From: Chrysomallon squamiferum
Taxonomy: Eukaryota; Animalia; Mollusca
Assembly: GCA_012295275.1 (NCBI GenBank)
Contig: CM022672.1
Span: forward strand, 24,056,001 to 24,120,000
DNA: 64,000 bases
Direction of reading: 5' to 3'
The notes under the pieces were generated by a model. The model saw only the letters and a list, made by a program, of their open reading frames with translations, was not told the origin of the DNA and searched no databases. Positions 28,501-41,500 of this stretch are shown piece after piece (the first letter of the stretch is position 1; the number at the start of each line of letters is the position of its first letter). Position numbers and translations under genes: made by a program.

Positions 28501-30039
28501 ACCCTGTTAATTGGGCTGCATGCATAATTTTATATCAACATGTTGTACATTTTTGTTTTTATTATTATTTTTATGTTTAATTATTTATTGGTTCAGGTAA
28601 AATAAATTTCTATTATTATCTGATGAAGTGAAGTACTTCAGTAAATTATTGCAATATTAAAACATCGTCTGGCACATTTGGGGATTTAAACTAAAGTGAT
28701 CATTTTTAATTTCCATGTAAGTTGTAACAAGCAACATATGTTGTTCCATAATCAGAAATGTAATTAAATAATTGATGGCGATGAGATACTGGCTCATATA
28801 TATATATTAGACCCAGCTAATGTGTACAGAGAAAATATTTTTTATTTTTTTTATTTTTTTATTTTTTATTATTATTTATTTTAATTAAATGTATTTGATG
28901 ATCAGTGTCTATGTACAATAACTTGGTCATTCTGAAATTCATCTAATGCCCCCAAAAATATAATTCAGATCTAGTTATACAGTTTTAATGTTGCTGTGTA
29001 TAAGGGCTTTCTCAGATTGTGGAGACCAAGTGTTACACAGAATATAGATCTTAGATATTGTCGTTTTTTTTCATTGCATACAAATCAATTAAATATTTTA
29101 ATTATGTACCAAATATTTCTGGACCAAATGTTTTTAATCTTGGATGAACATAGAAAATATTATTATTTAAAAAAAAAAAATTCTGGTGATTTATATACAT
29201 ACAAATCCACATGCTATAGAATCCAGTAAAGAACTTAATCTGTATTTTATATTTGAACAGTGGGTCATTTTGCAGGTGTGTGTGTGTATATGTGTTTTAT
29301 TGCTTGTATTTCTTGATAATATGTGAAAATTCAGTCTGCTTCTAATTTCTTAACATTTTTCCTCTTTTCTGAAAGATGAGTCCCACAAATAGCTACTCTA
29401 GCCTGATGATGGAGGTTTGCTACTAGTGTATAGTGTCTCAGTGTTGTCTCGTCATGTTTTAACAGGAAAAATCAGCCACACTAGTTTAAACGTGCGCATA
29501 TACATACAAGTGTGTTTGAACAATATCCCTGTTATAATAGTTTTACACAGTTATCATGTAGTGTGTAACGTTATTATGGCATAAAACTTTCAGTAAAAAT
29601 TATTTTACTGTAATCATATAAAAAGTAAAAGAAAATATATAATATGAATATATAATTCATGATTAAATGAACAATATTTACTTCCTAGTTAAATTTCAAG
29701 TCTTTGTTGTTTAAAGTATTAAAATTATGATACTGCTTCTTAAAGAATAAAATATAGGATATTTATAAATTTGTACTAACATTAAAGATAGTTATGTTAT
29801 TATTTATTTTGTATTTCTTTCTTTTTTTAACATCTTTATGTTAGGGGTTATGGAACACTTTTATTTTTAATGACAAATACAATTAGTCTGCTGAACACAT
29901 TTGTATGTTGCTATTTCCCTGTGAAGGCTTTACTCAATCTTTAGTTCCACAATTTCCCACTTGTATGTATACCATGTATAAATAGTAATTACAAATTTCC
30001 AGTCTATGTTCATTTAGCTAGATTTGTCTCAGCCAGATA

Positions 30040-30073
<34 letters not shown>

Positions 30074-31624
30074 GCTGCTATTGCAAAATTAAAAATGCTA
30101 ATAATAATTTTAATTGATATCTAAATTATTATCATAATGAATTTCCTTTTTTACTTTTAGATTTAATGCATGTACATTAATCAAATATGCCTAACATATA
30201 TCTTTTTGTCTGGTGTATATATGGCATGTATCTTTTAGATTTGCTCAGAAACACCTATAGATATAATTCATCTACTACTACATGTTGTTTCATAAAACAT
30301 TAACCTCAGAAATAGAGTGTAGATAAAGAATTCTTGTTTTGGTTTTTAATCACATTAATGGTAATAACCTACAATTGAATCCTGAAGTCCATCTCTCTAA
30401 GATTTTCTTTTGATGCATGGGCATATTTTATGTAGAATGCAGTGTACATTAGATGACACCCAGCTGTAAATAACATCTCACAAAGCATGTTTATTGGTGT
30501 TTATGGTTGTATGCCTGTTAGATTTAAATAAAATAATCTGACTAAGACTTGTCAGTATTTAGTAAAGAACAGTAAAATATATTGCTTATTAATCGTTAGT
30601 TCCATAAAATTTATCTCTGGCTAAAATTCTGATATAAACCTATTTAATATGAGATATATAAACATTTACTAAGTATGTTGTTATTAGATATATCTAAATT
30701 ATTCTTTTGTAAATATCTTTTTTACATAGTATAAGAACAGATAAAAATGCTAGGTAGATAGATGTAGCATTCAAATATAGGATGTATCCTGTTTACTTGA
30801 AAAAGGTCAGCATCAGGGATATATGCAGTTTAATTATTTATCATAGTGCTTTCCACAGCTGCTATTCATATGACTAGTTTAATTTGATGTAAATATCATT
30901 AGCAGTGTTCACCAAATTATTATCATTATTATTTTCAATCTTAGTCATAATAATTATTGTTTTTAATTGAAGTTATACATTAAGTTTTTATTTGTGAGAT
31001 TTAAATTTTCTTTCTTTCTTTCTTTTATTCTTTCTTTCTTTCTTTCTTTTTTATTTTAAGGTACTACTACTAATAAATAAATAAATAAATAAGGTTAATT
31101 CATAAACTGAAATGAACTATAGTTTTCTGAAAAAGAAAAGTAAAAACACAATTGAAGACAGGTCAAGAAATACAGTTTGTTAGTGTGTTCATTTTTAGTT
31201 GAAATTCTGTGCAGATGTAGCTGACAATTTGCCATGTAAGAATAAGGAAACCAATTGTTTAAATGTATTATTACAAGAACAACAATTTTTTAAGAATAAA
31301 ATATTATTTTTAATTATTTTATTCACTCTGATGATTTACAAAAGAATTTTATTTTATAGCATTTTTCACATACATTTGTTTCATTTTCTTATTTCTTTTT
31401 AAATTTGTATTGTTTTTCTTATTTGATGATGATTCTCATCTGCTGTTGGTTTACTATACAGTATGCTCCTTTGAAGGTATATTAGAAGTGAATAAATCTA
31501 GTTTATAATTAGATTTTAGCTTTCTCTGTTGTTTGATGTTCCAATAATTTTAATTAAAGTTTTTCTTGACATTCTTCTTAATTGTACATCCAAAGTGGCA
31601 GATGATTTATTATTATTATTATTA

Positions 31625-31656
<32 letters not shown>

Positions 31657-34600
31657 TTTAAAATATATGCTTTTATATTATTATTATTTTACAATAGTAT
31701 TTAATGATTCAAAACAATAAGAACCCATCTCCCCCCCCCAAAAAAAAGATAAATGACCCCAACAATTTCTTACTAATGAACTATTAAGATATATTTTACA
31801 TTGTATACAAGCAAACATTGCTAAAATAAATCTAACTGTATTGTATATAGGACAAAGTAAGAAATGACTGCCATTTGTGATAAAAGTTTTGGGTTAAAAA
31901 CAAAAATTGTTTACTGATTTATTTCCTTTTGCTTTGTGCTTAACAAGGATGATGTTGTTGCGAAAGTAAGTTTAATTTTCTTTTTGTGATTATATATATG
32001 ATACATTTATTCTACAGATCCAATAGAGATAAGTTAGATAAAGATTAATAAACTAAAATCAGACATATAGAAATTAAGTAGGTTTTATATCTGGCCATTT
32101 TCTTATCTTTTATGAACATTTGATTTTTAAAATGATTTACTTCTTTATTTATATATTTTTATTTATTAATTTATTTTGCATACGCAATAAAACCCTTGCC
32201 AAAAATAAGAGGCAAAACCTTTTGCTGTGGGAATGGGGAAATAAAAAATTCTATGGCTTTCAAAATTGGTCTAATTACGTGACATTATAAGGAATACATT
32301 TTAGATACAGTTTTGATTATATATTTTTAATTTTTTACCAGGCTGAAGCAGAGCTCCGTGCATGTCAGTCTGAGTTTGACAGGCAGGCAGAAATCACAAA
32401 GATCTTACTGGAAGGAATCAACAGTACACATGTATGTAGAAAGTTCCCTGTTAAATATGATGCCACAATTTTATTTCCATTTTATAGAAGGTTTTAAATA
32501 TTATTATTATTATTATTATTTGGTCATTCCATGTCAAATCACTCAATGGTTTAAACCCGACCGTCTCAGATTTTTATGAAACTTGGTATACTTGTTGACT
32601 GGGATCCCACAGCACCAAATCTGAAATTTTAGCCCAATCAGACCAGTTGTGTGGGAGATACGGCCCACCGAATTTTGAGATTTTTGCCAAAAATGGGTGT
32701 GACCACCAACCTTAGAACCCTCATATCTCAGCAACTACTGGGCCAATCTTCATAAAATTGGTATTGTTAGAAAGGCAAAATGACAAGGATTCCAAATCTG
32801 CCATTTTTGTTTAGTTTGGAAAATACTGGAGTGCCTTGACCTTTTGACCTTTGCTATGACCTTGAAATTGACCATGTGGATCACGTGATCTTGAGATGAC
32901 CTTTATTGAAATTGAATCTCCCACATGTTAACTAAAACATATAAAAGTTTCCTGGGTGTAATATTTTTTGTTTAGCCACAATATAGATTTAAAAAATGCT
33001 GTGGGATCCCAGTCAACAAGTATACCAAGTTTTATAAAAATCTGAGACAGTTGGGTTTAAATTAGTTATTTTTTGGGGTGATTTGACACGGAATGACCCT
33101 ATTAGTTTCTTCACTCAAAACACAAAATTCTTTATACCATTTACTAGTTAAGTTCTCTCTTAGATGTTCATATCCAAATCAGATTTTAAAAACGTATTGT
33201 GCCCTTATGCATACAAATAATTTACTTCTTGCTCTTGACATGAATTTTTTTTACTTTATTCGTTTATGTTCTTGTTCAGAAAAATCTTATTTTAATTTCT
33301 GTTCCTAAGTAAACTGACTTTACTATCATTTAGTTGATTTTACCTTCTGTTCTTTTACACTGAATCTGATCTTATAGTCATAATATTTACATTTCAATGA
33401 TTTAGAATTTTGCTCTTGTACAGATCAATTTTAATCAATTTACATAATTTCATTGCCTGACATCATACATTCAAATTTATTTCTTATTCTTGTACACACA
33501 GATTAATATTACTTTCTATTCTTATTCTGTGAAATGTATCTGTGTCCTTGCACATGTTCATTCAAATTTATCTGTCTTTTACATGCAAATAGGTATTACA
33601 TTTTGTTTGTGAACTTTCACTTTTATCTGTCTTGTACATGCAAATTGATACTACATCCTGTGTTCATTCAAACTAATGTCTTGTAATGCAAATTGAATTT
33701 TCTTTCTGTTTCTGTTAACAGATTTTTTTTCCTATATGTACCACATTTTTTCTTATTTTTTTCTTGATTGCAGGCTCATCATCTCCGTTGTCTCAATGAC
33801 TTCATAGAGGCCCAAATGACCTATTACTCCCAGTGTCAGCAGTACATTTCTGACCTTCAGAAACAGCTGGGCAGGTGAGCATTCAAGATAACAATTAGTT
33901 TACAAATACACCTCAAGATATACATTAATCTTCAGTGTTACTACTAATACATGTCTGTATGCTTGAATATTACCAAAAGTTATTGTCACTCTGTCAGCTT
34001 TATTTGTTGGCATATTGTTGAACTTTTTTGAAGCTGCATTAAAGGTTCAGGGTTGAAGCATTGTTTAATCAGGCCAGTAAATGTTACTGAAAAACAGAAA
34101 AATTACTTTCTAGTTTAAATTAAAATACTAAGTTAGACCAATGGTGTCAACCTAATTTTGTTTCACAGAGGCATTTTGAAATTTTTGGATGATGCATAAT
34201 GGTATGAATATCTTTTTAATTATGTTACATCTGTTATCACAATATTTGTTACTGGCAGCAGTGGTATTTTTTATATTGTTGCTTTTGTCTACACCAATCA
34301 ACACCTAAACAGTTTTGTTATTGGAATGAAAATGAATTATATTAAAATTATATATATAAATCAAATAATAACATGTTAAAGATAATCTCTTAAACAGTTT
34401 TATTTTTCTCTAAATTTAATGTCATCAAAATAATAAAAATAACAACAACGACAACAATAAAATAATAATTAACAATTTTGTTTCTTAGTTTATAATTTTT
34501 TAGGGTAATATATCTGATTGCCTTCTTCCACAGAATATCTGTACTTCATAACAAAATACTTTGGCTGAAAATATATATACAATATTAGTAGTGTCAGAAA

Positions 34601-37600
34601 TTGGTATAATGGTATTAAATTTTACCATGTTATTATTTTTTTTTAATGTTTTTTTTTTAGTTTTTTTTTTAATTTATTTAATTTTAATTACCACAGCAGA
34701 TGCTTTCATTATTTACTTTTTCAATAAGTAAGCCAAATTTATGATCATCTAGTGAATTACAGATGTTTAAATTATTAGTGTACTGCATCAATGAGACAAT
34801 GAATTAATATAAAAATAATTTAAATAGTGGGCAAATTAGTTTATTAAACAGTCAGTACTTTGTTTTAAACACTTTTATTTTAATTTTATTTAGCTGTTCT
34901 TTATTCAGTAAATCCTTATTGGTTAATTGGTGTAGACAATGAAAAAAATAAAAATAGAAATTATCATTTTGACAGACAGTTAGTATTTGAGCTACTTTTT
35001 CCTTTTGACAAATTTGCAGCAATCCCCCAGCTACTCCACCTGCTGGTGATAAAGAGTAAGATATTTGTTTGTGCTTCCTACTGCTGCCTTAATTTGGTTC
35101 CTGGGAACACGTTTCAATTTTCTCCATGTTCCAGTTGCTTCTTTTGTTTGTTCAGCTGCAGCACTTTGTTAGATCTCAAACACATTTTGTCTATAATTAC
35201 ATTTAAAATAATGACGATAAAGTACATTTTTACAGTTAACAATTTACTGATATTGCAGGACAGATTGTCACAGACTGAATCAGTATTACATACTTTCTTT
35301 AAAAAAATTAATAGACTGTTTATTTTAAATAATGACCAACATTTTGATGATAAAACTGTCATTTAATAACAGATGCAGTAGAGTTCATTTTATTAAGAAT
35401 TATTTAAAAATATACTGCTCAAATAAAAATGTGAATTATTAGGGTTATGTAAATCAGTGTTTTAATCTTCACTGCATATTACATTTGTTGTTTACAATTT
35501 GCATTTTTTGTGTATGCCGGTAGATGTTGTAGTAGATGAGCACATAGGCTGCATTTTAATCAAATATAGTTCTGCATGATATGTTTTGTCTTAAATTGTT
35601 GTATAATTTATCTATCCACAATTTTATTGTTCCAAAATTTGTATATTTTGTAATTAAGTTCTGTTACTATGATTCCCTCAAGTGCATTTTTCCAGTACTT
35701 TTTAATATTCAGTAAAAAGTTATTTTGAAATAAAAATAAGATATAATACTGTTGCAGAAATGTAAGATGTTAAGCATTATGACACTGCAATATTTACTCC
35801 AAAGGCCTTTCCCCGTTACATATACAATCACAAAAACAAAATGCTTAATGGTGATGAAAATATTGTTCTAATGTCAAAGATTAAAACATTTTGGTTCAGT
35901 TAGAGCCATATGAACAAAGATGATTAATTTAATATTTAGGGAAACAAATTAAGATTCCAACATGCAAAATAAATCGACCAACTACTACACAAACCTAAAT
36001 CACCAGCGCACAGTTTCTTTTCTTTCCTTTCCTTTTGTTTATTTTACTTATTTCATAATTCATCATTATGATTATTATTATTATTAGTTATGTCACTGTT
36101 AGTTTAATTTTACTGATTTATTTTCATAGTTTCAGTTAATTTTAGTATCTAAAATAGCCACAAGTAAAGCACTCCATTTTTAACTGTGTTTGAATCACAA
36201 CAGTTCACGCTTGATCAGTTTGGTAGAGAGATTTTCTTAGTACTGCACTGATCACGTGAATGTCTTCCTTCCACCCACTTGCTAGCTTTTTGCTTCAGTG
36301 TGGAACCTGGGGAAATATCGAAACCTATTGCTGTACACCAGTATATTTTCTTTCCTTAATGTATACGTTAACCATGCCCACCATGTATTAAATTTGAAAT
36401 AAAAATCAACAAATAATTTGGTATGTACCTTTTTGCACATACCTGTCTCTCAAGCTACATTTAGACCGCTTCTGTTTTAAAGTAGACAATAAATTAACCA
36501 GGTATGACACTAACATCCTTTTCTTTGCTAGTTTAATTATTAACTTGGATATAAATGTGATTTTTAATATTCAGAAATAAAATAGTTCCATTTATAACAT
36601 TCTGCAATGTATTTTGTTATATTTACATCTGTGGTTTTCAAAATGTATGTGCTTCTTTTGTTGTAAACCACCAGGTATAGATAAAATTCTGAAACAGAAC
36701 AAATGATAATGGGGATTTCCACTATATCCATCATTGTGTTTACTTTTCAGTAGCACTGATATTCTTGCTAATGGCTTTTTATTTTAATCCAGTCATTTGC
36801 ATTGGGATGGGGTGTTTTGGGGGAAGGTCAAATAATTTTATTTTATTTATTTTATTTAATTTCATAATTTTGTTGTGTCATGAGGACATTTAAAAGTTTT
36901 GAGAATAAACAAGTATAAAAAAGAAAATTTTCAGATTATAATTTAAAAATTGACTTAAAAGAAAGTATACTGGTATCCTGATTTAAAGAAAACATTATAT
37001 CTTTGATTTCGTTCTTTCCTTTTATTATTATTTTTTTTTTTTTTTTTTACTTTCTTTTTTTTTTTTAACATTTTGTTGGCTGGGTATTTTTTTTGTCTTG
37101 AATGTTTTTGGTTTTTTGTTCTGTATGTGTTTCAGTTACACTGTTGGTTCCAACTCAAGTGTGGGTGGTGGGAACAATGCAAACTCGCATTCCACGAATA
37201 TTCCCAACAGTTATCCCCTCCGCCCCTCTGCACCGCCTGCAATTCAGGTTACTGCACCTTCCCCCACTGAGAAAAAACAAGCTCGGGTTTTATATGACTA
37301 CGATGCAGCAGATAACTCTGAACTGTCATTGTTGGCTGATGAGGTAATTTCTCTTTTGTTTTCTGTGTGCTTTATATGTAGTTTGTTCTTATTGCTTGTG
37401 CTAATGGTACAGGTTTTTTAGACTTATATTTTACATTATTATTTGTTTTTATTTATTTTTATCTTTTTATTTTTAATCAAGTAGCCTTTTAGATCAATAG
37501 TATTAGATTTAAATGGGGTCAAAATGATATTATAATTTATTGAATTCACCAAGTAGCCGAAAAATAAAATATAAATAAAAATATTTATAAGAAAAGGAAT

Positions 37601-37957
37601 GCAATTTATATTTTGGCTAATTTTTAAACAGCCATTAAGGTAAGTTTTTTATCTGCACATGAAAACTGATGTTTATAAAGTATGTTCACATTTATATAAA
37701 CCAACGTGTTAACATTTTATCCACCTAGTTTTGAAAAGTTTGTACAAAATAGTTACTGTTATTATATTAAATAATATTTTAAATACAGCTAATTTATCTT
37801 TAAATAGTGAACCTAAATCCCTTTATTTAGAATTCATTCTTAAAGGCATTTTTTCATTCAGTTTTTAATTTTGTTCCTAACAATTAAAACAGAAGCATTT
37901 ACAAAGAATAATATTCATTATTCACTGGATATTTTTTCTTTTTTCGAAAATAATAAA

Positions 37958-37988
<31 letters not shown>

Positions 37989-38564
37989 TAAAATTATGGA
38001 TGACTAGTTCATATAATCTTAATGAATATTGTTTTAAAGATATTATTGATAAAAATTAAGATGCATAAATTCTTCCATCTTAATTGGTTACTGAATAATC
38101 TGAAAATTAGAAAATCAAATATATGTTGTAATGCATTCAGTTATTGTTTTAGTGTGCACCTTAAATTTAACTATTTATTACAATTATGTATGTACAAATA
38201 TATTTTATGTTTTATTTAATTATTTATGTATTTTTAAATTGAACTGTCCAAATTGTAATTTGGTACATGATGAAAAGAAATATATTGTTGCTGTTAAACT
38301 GTAAAGCTGCTTTACACAAAATTAACCTCAAATCCAAACTAATTAATTTTCATCTTATAAGCCAGCATTACCTATTAATAGTAATTCTGAATATGAATTT
38401 AAACATCGCTAAGCTTTGTATTTAATATGTTTCTATCTGTTCCTTTGTCGTTCCAGCTAATTATGGTGTATACAGTTCAAGGTCTGGATTCTGATTGGTT
38501 AATGGCTGAGCGAGGCAACCAGCGAGGGAAAGTTCCAGTAACATATCTGGAGATTCTCGAATAG
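19002..38564 (+). CDS. SH3GLB1: Endophilin-B (N-BAR + SH3; SH3GLB1/Bif-1-like), 9 core exons, 360 aa
   Basis: Exons 19002-19079, 22112-22253, 22572-22700, 25585-25718, 26139-26231, 32342-32431, 33774-33874, 37136-37343, 38457-38564 sum to 1083 nt in frame. Hallmark peptides: FNRAVQFTEEKLGSAEKTELDAHFE, AGNDFGPGTAYGNALVKCG, KRLDLDASK, EFDRQAEITK, ARVLYDYDA...ELSLLADE, WLMAERGNQRGKVPVTYLEIL. Confidence 0.95.
20243..20486 (+). repeat. Near-perfect tandem duplication, period 118 bp, in endophilin-B intron 1
   Basis: CACTTATTTTTTAATC...ATTGCTATTATT...ATAACTTT occurs at 20253 and 20371, differing only in (ATT)n length. Confidence 0.85.
22112..22253 (+). CDS. SH3GLB1: Endophilin-B exon 2 (FTEEKLGSAEKTELDAHFE...QPNP)
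   Basis: TTGTAG acceptor, GTAACA donor, 142 nt. Confidence 0.93.
22572..22700 (+). CDS. SH3GLB1: Endophilin-B exon 3 (QRMEDLLYEKLD...FGPGTAY)
   Basis: TTTTTAG acceptor, G|GTAACT donor, 129 nt. Confidence 0.93.
25585..25718 (+). CDS. SH3GLB1: Endophilin-B exon 4 (NALVKCG...FLDGDMKTIM)
   Basis: TGCAG acceptor, GTAAAA donor, 134 nt. Confidence 0.93.
26139..26231 (+). CDS. SH3GLB1: Endophilin-B exon 5 (KEKKILETKRLDLDASKSRLRKAK...)
   Basis: TTTGCAG acceptor, CAG|GTAGAT donor, 93 nt, phase 0-0. Confidence 0.93.
29376..29414 (+). CDS. SH3GLB1: Candidate alternative 39-nt exon of endophilin-B (MSPTNSYSSLMME)
   Basis: Pyrimidine tract tttttcctcttttctgaaAG, open phase 0-0, weak donor GAG|GTTTGC. 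Confidence 0.4.
31948..31965 (+). CDS. SH3GLB1: Candidate 18-nt microexon of endophilin-B (DDVVAK)
   Basis: Upstream tactgat branch-like site and tttcctttTGCtttgTGCttaacaAG, perfect GTAAGT donor, phase 0-0. Confidence 0.7.
32342..32431 (+). CDS. SH3GLB1: Endophilin-B exon 6 (AEAELRACQSEFDRQAEITKILLEGINSTH)
   Basis: TTTACCAG acceptor, GTATGT donor, 90 nt. Confidence 0.93.
32522..33099. mobile_element. Non-autonomous DNA transposon (MITE-like), ~580 bp with ~95-100-bp imperfect terminal inverted repeats
   Basis: The left end GGTCATTCCATGTCAAATCAC...TTTAAACCC...CTCAGATTTTTA...ACTTGGTATACTTGTTGACTGGGATCCCACAGCA is the reverse complement of the right end (32997-33099, TGCTGTGGGATCCCAGTCAACAAGTATACCAAG...GTGATTTGACACGGAATGACCC). 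TA-rich flanks; no transposase ORF. Confidence 0.85.
33774..33874 (+). CDS. SH3GLB1: Endophilin-B exon 7 (AHHLRCLNDFIEAQMTYYSQCQQYISDLQKQLG)
   Basis: TTGCAG acceptor, AG|GTGAGC donor, 101 nt. Confidence 0.93.
35020..35055 (+). CDS. SH3GLB1: Candidate 36-nt alternative exon in the BAR-SH3 linker (NPPATPPAGDK)
   Basis: tttttccttttgacaaatttgcAG acceptor, GTAAGA donor, phase 2-2, open and proline-rich. Confidence 0.65.
37136..37343 (+). CDS. SH3GLB1: Endophilin-B exon 8 (linker + SH3 N-half)
   Basis: TTTCAG acceptor, GAG|GTAATT donor; ARVLYDYDAADNSELSLLADE. Confidence 0.93.
38457..38564 (+). CDS. SH3GLB1: Endophilin-B last exon (SH3 C-half, stop TAG)
   Basis: TTCCAG acceptor; LIMVYTVQGLDSDWLMAERGNQRGKVPVTYLEILE*. 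Confidence 0.93.
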   Translation, partial: LIMVYTVQGLDSDWLMAERGNQRGKVPVTYLEILE

Positions 38565-41500
38565 TTTTATTGGGAGTGGGCTTCTCATTTTTTTATTTTT
38601 TTTATTATATATTTTTTATTAAATCTTAATTTACATAATCCACATATTACCATGCAGTAATAATTCTGGGGATCTTCTTGGTTTACCTCCAGTTTTCTTT
38701 TGTTAAAACAAAATTATCAATATTGTGTCTTGTATACCTTTTTTATGGACTTACAGAGGTTTAATTTAATTTTTTTTTTTTTTTTTTTTTTTTTTATATT
38801 TTTTTTTTTTTATTTTTTTTTTTATTTTATTTTTTGTTGATATTATTATTATTTTAATTATTATATTTGAACATATTTATAAATTTGGATTGAATATGAA
38901 AAGAAATTAATTAGTGAATATTTTCTCATCATCTCAGACATAAGGCAGAGAAAAGAAAAGGAAAAAAATAATGATAAGAATAATTTAAATTCAAGCAACA
39001 TTTTAATCAGCAGTAGCTTTAAATCTTTAAATGTCAGAGTTTTATTGTGAACTGTTTTGGATGTACACACACATACATCATGTAGACTGAAAACTACTTA
39101 AATATAATTAATTCAAATACATGAATAAAAATGTATAATTCAAGTTTTTTTTATCTGAATATTTACATCTATGACATAGATCTTGTATGTGATAAAAATC
39201 ATTACCACTAATATATATAACTGATAAAGGTTATATTTCTCAAATTATCTTAATTACCAAGCATGAGAAATTCTGTTGGTGAAAACTTTTATATTTTCTA
39301 ATTTTCTAAAGGATTCTTATTCTTCTTCTTTTTTTTATTTACTTATTTTTTTATGTGTTTGTTTTTTTTTTTTTTTTTTAAATTTTATAGTGTTATACCT
39401 GAATAAGAACATTTAATTTATTGTGTGTTCAGAATTGTTATTGTTAAATATATATTATTTTGCTATTCATATTGCTTTTTGTTTTCCTGATTCATGAAAT
39501 GTTTTTAATTGTTATTACTGGTATTATTATTATTATTATTAATTTTAATTTTTATTTTATTTTTATTTTTTTTTTTTTTTAAAAGCTCAATCTCTTGGAA
39601 TATTGGTCTCTATATCATTCAGTATTTTAAATATGTTTATTTAATTACTGCAAAGTGTCTTCATATGTAAACTGCTTATTAGACCTGTGATAAATATTCT
39701 TAACAGACTGCAGCAAAATCTTTTGAATATAATTTTGTGTTAAAATTGAATTTAGTTAATGAGGATATATTTTATTTATTTTTAAAATCTGTTAGGTTTC
39801 AGATGATTTTAAATTATTATATATTCTTTAAATCTATATGTATCTGTTTAATCATTTTTAAATTTTTATATGATTTATTTTATTTTTTATTTTTTTCAGT
39901 ATTTGCTTTCATTTTAAATATAATTAACAAAATAAAAATTTAAAACATTAAATGCAATTTACAAAAATATAGGTGAGAAATGTTTTAGAAAGGTGATTTA
40001 ATCGTAAACACTGTATTTCATTTAGTATTTTTCCCATTTGACAAAACAGTTCAAGATAATTCTTAAAACTAGAGTTATTGGCCTTACATCTCTTTAAATT
40101 TAAAAAAATCCATCCAAAATAAAGTACAATTCTTTCCTTTCAAAGATTTTGACTGAAGTACAGGTGAAAACAAAATAATTACTTAATACTTTATTTCTTT
40201 AGAACAGGTGTTCTCTATTAATATAATGATGCCTGCAGTACTGTCATATTTTAAAACACTTTAAAAGTTTATTAAGCAGTTTACCACAAAATTTTGATGT
40301 TATTAAAATTATCTCTTTTTTTCTCTCTTTTTTTTTTCTCTTTTTTTTTTTTCATAATACCAGAATTATTTAAAACATCAAAGGTGAATATTTTGAAAAT
40401 GGTCTTTATTTTCAAGAAATAGAAACATTATTAGTAAATAATATGTATTATATATTTATGTCAACTTTCAGAGTATATTTGCGAATTACTATTGTTATTA
40501 TTAAAATAAAACTAAATATTTCATACATGTGATTAAAAGTTTCTTGCATTATGAATTTTATGGACACTTTTCATAAACCTCCTTGCATTATCTTTAATTT
40601 TTATTATTGTTATTATTTTTTTATTTTAAAACACATAAACTGTTTTAAATAAATTGCTTCCAGTGCTAATGCATAAACGGAATACATCTTAGTAATTCTG
40701 CATGCTGAAAGAATAATTCAAGTGACATTTTATGTTTCCAGCTTCACTGCCTCTAATCTAACTGTTACTGTAAACTGAACCTTTCTTCAGATACCATCAT
40801 AGACTTCACAATAACACTGGAGCAAACAAAACAAAGCATAAAGAGTGCAATTACAAAAATTGTGCATATGGTTCATGAGATTACCTTTTTGTTTTTCCAT
40901 TTATTGATTATTATTTTTTTTTTTTTTTTTTTTTTTTTTATTTTTGTTAAATATGGGCATAATTTTTAAACACTATATAAATTGGTGGATATGTAAATTG
41001 TTATATCTTGCGCACATACATGCATACACAATTTTCAGTTTGTAAGTTAAAGAGCTTCATATTACAAATATGTCTCATTATTATGTTTAATAATTGCAGA
41101 TGGTCTTCCTGTGCCAAGCCATTCATTTAACAGAGCTGGCCAAAATAAATTTGAGAATAGTTCATCTTTAATATCTTTTTATTTGTAATAAAACTATTAT
41201 CTACAATTAAGGGATGGATTATAACACAACTATCATGAAAAGACAATGTTTATAAACAGGTTTATCTCTACCTTTAATTTACTGGCTAAAAATAATATAC
41301 AAAATGTTATTAAAGGTTTTTAGAAATAGTTAATTAAACTCATTTTTTTCTTCCTGTGAGATTTAAAAAACTATATTTAAATTAGTAGATAATTAAATTT
41401 TTATTACAAACAAAACAATTGGAACCAATTATTCAATGAACAATTTTACTGCCGGTGTAAGCTGCAAATATCATATCAGGTATTTCATTTTGTTCTGCTG

